From positions 186,001-234,756 of the forward strand of contig JAXLNO010005853.1 of the NCBI GenBank assembly GCA_038087875.1: a DNA stretch of 48,756 nt, given 5' to 3'. This DNA is from Malacoraja senta. Lineage: Eukaryota. Position 1 is the first letter of the stretch. Each line of letters starts with the position of its first letter. Both the position numbers and the translations under genes were made by a program. A model generated the notes under the pieces. That model did not search any database. It was given only the letters and a program-made list of their open reading frames with translations, and was not told where the DNA came from. Shown here in pieces: positions 39,211 through 48,140 of the stretch.

Positions 39211-40199
39211 GAGAACTGAGTCAGTATCACAGATGCTGTAGAACTCGCCAGTTCTGATAGAAACAGCGGGCAAGTCACCTGAAATTGTTCTATTCAAGGT
39301 TGACCCATTGAACCATTGAGTCAACATTGAATACAACAATTTCTGGTAACTTTCCCGTTGTTTTTATCAGATGTTCTACAGCAGGTTATCCATCTGTGAT
39401 ACTGACTCAGTTCTCCTCTCTCCACTGACACTGCCTGATCTGCTGGGTGTTTCTTGCAGCTCTGACGTGCATTTTGCAGCTCTGGTTTATATCTTTGTTT
39501 GTGTTCTCTGTCTCCAGTTTCCTTCCTTAATTTATCAACCAGATAATTTCATCAACAGCAAACCTAGACTCACCCTTTCAGAGATATTTCCTATTTCCGA
39601 TCCACCCCTCTATACAACCTCTGCAACTTCAGCTAATTTATTTTAAGTTGCAATAATCGTTGAGAGAATAACTGATTAATATTCCATTTTGCTTATCTTC
39701 AGTAGAACTGGTTAGTTCTGATAAAAGAGAGAAAAAGTATCATCCAAAATTCTTGAATTCAATGGAGTCTGCAATGATGCAGTGAGCCCTGTTCTTCAAA
39801 TTGCATTAGACCGGTTATAAGGAAGTCACAAAAAATAGTCAGAGGGGGAATTGCATGGATGATTAAAATTACAAGCAACAGAAAGCTCAGGATTAACCAT
39901 GTAGAATGAATAAAATGTTTTCCCTCGTTCCCCCGCCCATCAACTGCATTTATTCCTTGGGAAAGCAGCCAACATAATAGTAAGATTAAACGAGAACTTA
40001 CCAGTTTGAAGTTTGATCTGTATTTTATGAGGAGTTACGATGAGGGATTACGTGAAGACCCCGTCCAGCACGCATGCGCGACATTCTTCAAAGCAGCGGT
40101 ATGGAATCACAGGAAACACAATAATTGAAATAAACATAGTAAAGAAAAGGAGAACTAAGATACCTGTTGATCTATATATTTGAGGGTGGGAGCGGAGGG

Positions 40200-40310
40200 C
40201 ACGTAATCCCTCATCGTAACTCCTCATAAAATACAGATCAAACTTCAAACTGGTAAGTTCTCGTTTAATCTTACTATTTTACTTCGGAGTCACGTGAGTG
40301 ACTACGTGAA
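40200..40310. repeat. DIRS internal complementary region (ICR)
   Basis: 40200-40278 is the exact reverse complement of 39976-40054 (79 nt). 40276-40310 is the exact reverse complement of 44786-44820 (35 nt). Confidence 0.95.
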
Positions 40311-40479
40311 AATTTTAAAGCTCTGTGATTTCAAACCGTGTAACAGTTCATACTTCACTCGCTGCCGAAGTCATTCAAGGGAGGAAGTATGTTATCGTAA
40401 TCAACCATAATCTGTTTGTAAACAATAATGGTATCTATTAAACAATAACAAAAGACAAAATGCTCCCCCGGGCTTAAAT

Positions 40480-41470
40480 TATATATTTTTGCAGATTTTA
40501 AAACTCTTTCTGCAAATAACACAGGTTCTGCTAGCGGCTTGTGGTAGAACATTTGGAACGTTTTCTCCATGTTCATTCTTTTAGCCGCCGATGTGGATGC
40601 TGCCCTGGTGGAGTGAGATGTATATACATCAGTATCTACTCCAGCAGCTCCCAGTACCTGCTTGAGCCATCTCGAGATGGTTTGGCTCGACACCCAACCA
40701 TGAGGTTTCTTGTGTCTGACCCATAAGGCTTTTTTATTTATTTATTTATTTATTATTATTATTATTATTATTTTTTTTTTTTCCCTTCTCCCTCGAGAAT
40801 CTCTTGTTGTGTTGATGTAAGTGAATAAGTGAGTCATGACACACAACCGTAGGTCAGGTGGGTATGCCCGGAAATCCATAACTAGGACTCAAGTTCCTGG
40901 CTTGCTCTGCTTTAGCAGCTCCTGAATGGTGAATGAGACCCGGTCTGGTGTTATAACCATGTTGTCCAGTCGCAGTAAGTGGAGGGACTGGTCTCTTTGT
41001 GCTGAGACTAGTAGCATCAGCATGACCGTTTTCAGGGTTAGCTTTTCCAGGGTGAGAGACCTGGCTGGGGACCATCCCCTTAGGTATGTCAGGACCACAC
41101 TGACATCCCAGATTTGTGTATACCTAGGTCTAAGAGGGTTGGAGTTGATGATACTCCTCATGAGTTTGATCACCAGCGGGTGAGACCCTATGGCCTGTTG
41201 TCCTGGCACCTGTTTTAAGTAGGCTGACAGCGCACGTCTGGCAGTATTGATGGCGCTGTAGCTCAATCCTTCATTATGGTGAAGGCCCCCCAGGAATTCC
41301 AGTACATTGGTTATGGTTGCAGATGAGTACGTTGTCCCAGTAGTCGAGCAGTATCTTTCCCACTTCCTGATGCTCGATAGGTATTGTTTCCTGGTGTACA
41401 TACGGTGTTATCATGTTGATGGTCCTGTCAGACAATCCCAGTCCCAGCAGTGGTCTTTTGATAATCTGCA
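40480..41470 (-). pseudogene. DIRS tyrosine recombinase, disrupted
   Basis: ORFs 40889-41401 and 40355-40693. In-frame TGA at 40889, A/T microsatellite at about 40730-40782, and a shortened C-terminus. Confidence 0.88.
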
Positions 41471-41553
41471 ACCCAGTAGGTTAATTTTGGCATGGCATGG
41501 ATGACTTATGCCTGATACAGGGTGTGTCAATAGGTCTGGGCTACTGGGAAAGG

Positions 41554-41907
41554 TCATAGGAGTTTCGATGACCATGTCGAGGACCACTGGGAACCATGGC
41601 TGTGTAGGCCAGTTGGTACTATCAAAATACCTGAAGCAGAGTCCATCTGTATTTTGCGTAGTACCCTACAGATTAAGGCAGAAGGGGAAAAAGCATAGAA
41701 GAAATCGGTCCCCCAGTTCAGCGCGAATGCATCTATCGCTGCTGCCTCAGGGTGTGGTTCCCAAGGGACATACATTGGTACGTGGTGATTTAGTCTGGAT
41801 ACAAAGAGATCGATATCTGGTGTGCCATATTGGTTTGTAATTTTAGCAAAAGCTCTAGGATTTAACATCCATTCGGTGTTTATCATTGAATTTGCGTGAC
41901 CTGGCAC
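41554..41907 (-). pseudogene. DIRS DNA N6-adenine methyltransferase-like domain
   Basis: PDIDLFVSRLNHH...IDAFALNW..FFYAFSP..LI.RVLRKI, the MT motif typical of DIRS1 pol. Confidence 0.8.
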
Positions 41908-42297
41908 TGTATTTAGCTTACCTGGTAGGTAAGTTGCTGATATCCAAATATGTCTATCGACCCACCATTACCAGATTGTGTTGACCCAATTGTCACATGA
42001 TATCGATTTTATTCCGGTCATATGGTTAATATAGGCCACCACCGTGATATTATCAATTTGTAAATGAACATGGAAGTTGTGCATATTCCTACAATATGCT
42101 TTAAAACCATAAAACGCACCCAACATTTCCAAATAATTTATGCCCAGTGTTTGTAGTAAAGACGAGTCTAGGTTAGTCCATCTACCACCTGTGCTGGATA
42201 TGGTATTAGTTGCTCCCCAGCCTTGAGCACTGGCATCTGTTTGTATAGTTAACGTTGGGTTATTGATGATGATAGGGCTGGAACTATGCCAAATGTG

Positions 42298-43250
42298 TTA
42301 TATCCACCATTGTAACTCTGATATTGCTTCAATGGGTAGTTTCATGGATCTGTCAAAGTGACCTGCATGTCGTTTCAACGCCTGTACTTTTGCCCTTTGT
42401 AGGTGCTGATAGTGCAGGAGTCCAAATTGTGTAGCTGAAAATGCTGCTACCATTTTGCCAATTACTCTTGCCACTTGTCGGATGGTTGGTCGATTGCTTA
42501 CCATTAAATTGTTGCACATCTGGGCCAATTCTGCTGCTTTACCTTTTGGCAACGTTACAGACATGTGGATTGAGTTAATTGTGAATCCCAGATAGTCCAT
42601 AGTTGTGGATGGCGTCAACTTAGATTTATCTGGATGTATGACAAACCCAGGGTTTCAAACAATTGTTTGGCAGCTAATACAGCTGATTTAGCCAACTCCA
42701 TGGTTTTGCCAACTATTAGGATATCATCAAGATACGCCATGACAATATGTCTTTGTTTCGTTAATGTTGCCTAGGCTGGTTTTAATATCTTGGTAAATAG
42801 TCTAAGGCTGATGTCAACCCATTAGGCAACACTTTATACTGCCATAGTTGCCCCATCCAGGTAAATTTTCAGGTATCTGCGATGACCCTTGTGAATGGGT
42901 ACTGAATAGTAGGCATCTTTTAAATCAATGCTTGCCATAAAGTATCCTTTGGAAATCAGTTGTTTAGCAGTTACAAATGTTTCCATTTTGAAATGTACAT
43001 ACTTAACAAAGGTATTTAGTGAGGTTAAGTCAATGATGATGCGACATCCACCATCTTTTTTGCTTTTGGTAAATATATTTGAGACAAATTCCAAAGGATC
43101 ATGTTTGGATTTCTCAATGACACCCTTTGTAAGTAACCTCCCCAGTTCTGCTTGAGCCTCTAGTTCTCTTTGACTGAGAGGGTAAAGACCCTTTGGGGTA
43201 CGTGCTGAACTGGTGGCATGTTTTCTTGAATGAACTCTATTTTGTATCCC
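42298..43250 (-). pseudogene. DIRS reverse transcriptase, frameshifted
   Basis: ORFs 42834-43094 and 42298-42618 plus intervening frameshifted segments (YKVLPNGLTSA, YLDD). Confidence 0.9.
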
Positions 43251-45304
43251 CGAATACTGTTAAGTATATAACTATCATTCGTGAGACACCTCCTGTTAGT
43301 ACAGACCTCCTGTTAGTACAGTTCCCCATTTACATGCTGGTAGGAACCAGACCCACCTACCTCCATAGTTATGGTAGTGTTCCTTTCTTCCGTTTGTTCA
43401 TCTGTCGTTATACTGCTGGATGTACTGCTGATGTACTGCTGATTGGGGGTGGCGCATTTTCCATGGGGTCCGTTCTGGGCCCTGGCCTAAAAAGGCTTTC
43501 GGGGATAGTATGCGGACCCCGAGCTTTCACCAGTTACCTAAATTTGACCTTGACTGGTGGACGCGGTGGGGTACTGCCGTCTGGTTTTTTGTGTGGGTCT
43601 GCTCGTTCCGGGGCCTGCCCTCATGAGGCCAAATGCTTTGGACTCTTCCTCCAGGTCTTTCACTTGTCCTTCCAAATAACAGGATCTGCAGCTCTGAGGC
43701 CGGTGTTTTACACAGTCCTGCAAACCTGGGATTGAGGGCAGGTCTTATTCTCTCCTTGCGGAGGTTATTTATCTCATATTGGGTGTAGCACAGCAGAGCC
43801 AGAGTGTCTTGCTGGTTTGTGGTCATATCCACCCCATCCACGGAACGAGCATAGGCTGTTATCCCTGTCGTCAGGAGCTTGAGGATTTTAGCTCCTGGTT
43901 CCGGATACTCTGTCCCCCCCCCCAGATTTGGCTGTTAACAGCCGGTACATTGAGCGAACTGCAGTTCCAGCTCTAGTGCCTCATTAAGTACCTGTCTTGT
44001 AGGGGTTTGAGGGACAGGTGGTTGATGCTGGCCGCCAGTTTTGGCTCCAAAGGCCGCCCTGCTCGTGGTGAAACCATGTAGCGAATCTCCACACCCAGCA
44101 GCTCTTCCTGATCCTGTACCCCAAGCGTACTCCCGACATCTTCAGCCAATGACCCCTGTTCCTGACCAGCCCAGCCCTGGTCGCCAACGCTGCCCTGCTT
44201 TGAGGGGAAAGTGATGGCCAGTGCATTGTAGAGTACTGCTGTGGGAGTGCCTGATCCCCCTGGCGAGACTGCTCTAGCTCCTGAACCAAGTCTCGCTGGA
44301 GCAGTTGCTCCATGAGCCTTTCCATTCGGCTCAGGCAGCTAGCTCTGCCGCTCTAAGGCGGACCCTCCTCATCGGTGTCAGACATAACCGGCCGGTTTAA
44401 AAAAAAAATTGTTTTAAAAACTTTTCCTCCAGCCCGCTGCCGCTCATCAGGCTGCGCTAGCGGGACTGGGCTCGGCTCGGTCTCGATGAGGGTGGACCGC
44501 CGCATATACGGTCCAGGTGCCGCCTCTCGCCCCCCACTGATGAAACACTCCCGTTCTGTTGGAGTCGAACGGGGGGCGGTTTTCTCCTTTGCCGTGCTGC
44601 TCATTTTCCCAGTTCCTCTGGAATAGAGAGCAGAGCACAGCTTGCGGATTACGACCTCAGTGTAAGACTTACCTGATGGTCCGCTGTTTAGTTTTCACCG
44701 ACGTGTAGCGGGAGCGCCTGTACTCCCGGTCGTCGCTGTTGCACTGCGTGAACGCTAATGTCGCGCATGCGTGCTGGACGGGGTCTTCACGTAGTCACTC
44801 ACGTGACTCCGAAGTAAAATCAAGGATCACTCACACCCGAGTTACTCTCTCTTCTCCCCTCCCCCATTACCAGAACCAGAGGCTGACAACAATGTCACTG
44901 GAGGTCCCATGATTCTCCCATGAACACCAGCAATGGAGATTAGACATGATGTTCACCCATGTTGAACCACTAGAAAGTGAAGCCAATCACAAGAAAGTAG
45001 ACTCAATAAACGGCAGCTGAAATGATCAACCTGTCCATTCCCTCCCACACACACAGGTATCTCCAGATACATTATCACCATCGCTCCAAGATGGTGGCTG
45101 AAGCCTAGAGAGGGATAAAAGTCAATTACATTCACTGTTATTCATTGGTGCAGGGGGAGAACCAGGAAGGGGTGAAGATTTGAAAGAGACCCAGCAGGAG
45201 AATGGAGTGAAATATTCAGAGAGGAAACAGAACGAAGCTGATTCTTCTCACCGTTGTTCAATGCGATTTTATCATTTACTCCTCAACACTGACTGTTTCC
45301 TTAC

Positions 45305-45673
45305 CCAAAACCTGTAGTCCCGTCTCATCCTGAGTCACCTGAATATCTTCCTTCAGAGTGGATTTCCAGATCCAAACATGACAGAAATAGTTGTTGGTGT
45401 CATTCAACGTGAGTCCCCTCACTCTGATGGAGGCGTCTCCCTTGTCTAGGTTTCCCACCAGCTCATATCGACCTCCTCTATTTACATTGTCAGTGCCGTG
45501 ACCGCTTGTGGGGTCGGAGCGGGTATGATTAAAGACAACGGACTCTTCCCATGGAGTCCCCTTCATCCAGAGGATAGTGATCACCCTGCTCTTTGTGCTC
45601 GAGGGGCTGAAGGTGCAGGTCAGTGTGGCACCACCTCCTCTCTTCCCGATCACCATGGATGCGCTGACATCAC
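45305..45673 (-). CDS. Ig V-set exon V3 (most distal) of a Siglec-15-like Ig receptor
   Basis: Open 369-nt exon, phase 1-1. Acceptor ctctatccgag|GT, donor G|gtaagg. Translation includes ATLTC, ILWMKG, GRYELVGNLDKGDASIRV and YFCHVW, giving the canonical B-strand Cys, C-strand Trp and F-strand Cys. Confidence 0.9.
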
Positions 45674-45773
45674 CTCGGATAGAGAATGATTTAAAATATG
45701 GACATTAATCATTGGTCGAATGCATTAACCACATTTTCTTCATCAATACTTCACCTGTGTCTGTGACCATGTT

Positions 45774-45981
45774 GATAGACACAAAATGCTGGAGTAACTC
45801 AGCGGATGAGGCAGCATCTCTGGAGAAAAGGAGTAGGTGATGTTTCAGAATGGAACCCTTCTTCAGACCTGAAGAAGAATCTATTCCATTTCTCCATAGA
45901 TGCTGCCTGGCACGTTGTGTTACTCCAGCATGTTGTGTCTATCTTCGGTATAAATCATCATCTGCAGTTCCTTCCTACACA
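45774..45981 (+). mobile_element. 208-bp palindromic PLE-pLTR-derived insert with 14-bp TSD
   Basis: tctgtgaccatgtt at 45760-45773 and 45982-45995. Inverted arms centred on cttcttcag-acc-tgaagaag. Confidence 0.88.
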
Positions 45982-47499
45982 TCTGTGACCATGTTTCTCC
46001 ATCCCACTCCCACTCTGACCCATCTGTCCCTGACCCTCCTGCGCTGCTCTAGAGCGGTGAAATGTAACTGTAAATGTAACTTCATCTTCTTTATAAATAA
46101 TATGCAGAATTCTCAAATCAACTTGAATAATTGCAGGTGACCTGCTTGTATTTTTATATAACCTACAATGTTGCTAAATCACGCCTAAAACCTTGGAACA
46201 TTGTGCTGTCAGTCCTGCCCCTCGCTCACCAAAACTCTAATGGCCACAACATCATATTTCCATGCATTAATCCAAACTCTACATTCATCTGCCTTACACA
46301 TAATACACATAGCATTGAAATAAACACACTTCAGCCCATCAGTTCCACTGTGTTCATTAACCTGGCCCTGCCAGCCCTTCTGATCAGTCTTAAGCTGAAG
46401 TCTACATCCCATTCAATTCCTCCACCTGCTCCAGTTCCCAACCTTCTGCCAAACTATATTAAACCCTCCTAAGTGGCAGCAACACACCTTCCTACATGGA
46501 TATTGTCGCCCCTCCAGTTGACTCTGCATTCAGACCTGATTCATTTTACAGCAATTTATGTTTTAATTCTTGATGAAGGGGAAGTTCTGTTGTCAATGTA
46601 AGTGGAGTTTAGGGTTAGGGTGGACAATATATCTAGCAGGATTGATAAGGAAGGATCCGGTGGATGTAGTATACCTCTACTACATTTTCTACTGCATGTT
46701 GTACTACATGTTCATTTTCCATCGAATGTAACAAGATTGCAGATGGAATATGAAAAGGTGGAGAAGGTGTGTGTGATAAATATTGACAGAGACACACCGA
46801 GTGATAATACCTACACAGAAATGAGAGATAAGATAGTTAAACAGAACAATGCTCAAGGGTTCCATGGAACATGTGGAGAACTTACAAGACACAGTTAAAT
46901 AAAACAAATGTGACACATTGAGGCAATGGTTAGTGAAGTGCGAGACGCTGGGCTCAATGATGAAAGCATGAAGTACAAGATTACGATAGCTACATTGCCA
47001 TAAAACAGAACAAATCAGGAGAGAAACAGATGATTGTCAGGTTGATGGGAAAAGTTACAATAAAAACATGTATTTTATGTTGCAGAGAAGTGGGAAGGTG
47101 GAGGAATCTGTGATAGGTTGGGGACAGGATTGCCCTGGTGATCGGCTGTTGTGGTCACTTGTTTGGTAAGTGAATAAGAGTAAATATAGGGGTGAAGGCT
47201 GTGTTGAACCTGTTCAACTACAAGAGATTTGTTTCCAATTCCAGTCATCACTCTCCAGGATGTCAAGGATGAGAGAGGATGCATAAAAGTTCCTTCAGAG
47301 TCACCTCCAGGGTTAGACTGGAAAAGCTGGTTCAGTCTTCTTGAAAGTCGAGACGAGATTCGATTGAAGTGGACACAATAACAACTAGTTTCGAAGACAA
47401 GGAGACAGACTTAAATTGTCATGAACATAAGCAAAAATGATGCAAAGTACATTTCATTAATCCAGGGCCTCACTGCCTGTGAGGTTGGTAGATTCAAAC

Positions 47500-48140
47500 A
47501 ATGCTTCAGATAGAGAGATTGCCGATACTGCTGTTGTTGAATGAATATAAGATAATGATGAGTCAATGTACAGGAGGCAGACCCATAATCTGGTTGAGTG
47601 CTGCCAGAACAATGATCTTGCTGTGAACTTGAGCCAAACCAAGGAGTTCATTGTTGACTTGGGGAAGGGAAAACCTAGATTCCATCAACCTGTTATCATT
47701 GGGAGCACGACAGTGGTGAGAGTGAAGAGCTTCAAGTTCCTGGACATGCACTTCACTGAGTTTTCCAGGGCCCAGTACATTGATGCAATCACAAAGTAAG
47801 CTCATCAGCTCTTCCAATTCCTCAGATGTTTGAGTCACATCACCAAATGCACTATAACTTCTACAGGTGTACCGTGGACCATACTGACTGGTTACTTCAC
47901 AGCCTCCTTTGGTAACCAGAATGCCCCAAAAACCAAGGAGGCTGCAGAAAGACATTGCCCAGTCCATCATGGATTTCAACCTCCACAACAATGAAAGGAC
48001 TTACAGGTGTTGCCTCAGGTGGGCAGCCAATATCACAGTTGCACAGAACACGGCTTGATCTCCTCTTGTTGCTACTGCCAGGTAGAAGGTACAGGAAATG
48101 TGAACCATTACCTCCAGGTTCAAGAAGACAATCTTGCCAT
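47500..48140 (+). mobile_element. Rex1/Babar-like LINE RT C-terminal fragment
   Basis: YRRQTHNLVECCQNNDLAVNLSQTKEFIVD...VRVKSFKFL; LLLLLPGRRYR. Confidence 0.75.

Larger units (their letters stand above)
39976..44820 (-). mobile_element. DIRS1-group tyrosine-recombinase retrotransposon, full length with disrupted ORFs
   Basis: Domain order on the minus strand: gag-like (DTLALLCYTQYEINNLRKERIRP), RT (FVSNIF..KKDGG.RIIIDL; SIDLKDAYY; YLDD near 42720), RNase H (TDASAQGWG near 42230), adenine-methyltransferase-like (DIDLF..RLN; DAFALNW; FYAF), then YR (AQR; SHSTR; FY). Inverted terminal repeats and an internal complementary region are present. Confidence 0.95.

Noticed and set aside
43193-43735. 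180-aa plus-strand ORF
   Set aside because: Antisense shadow of the DIRS gag/pol region with no recognisable motif.
35489-45040. Leader (signal peptide) exons in the two conserved blocks
   Set aside because: The phase-1 frames contain stop codons in both copies, so no functional leader can be supported.
34336-45673. Rearranging antigen-receptor V segments (IgNAR, TCR or Ig)
   Set aside because: Each V exon is complete through the G strand and ends in a GT donor. I saw no heptamer/nonamer RSS next to them and no FGxG J motif.
47086-47164. Plus-strand exon-like segment (ttgcag|...|gtaagt)
   Set aside because: No partner exons and no recognisable product.
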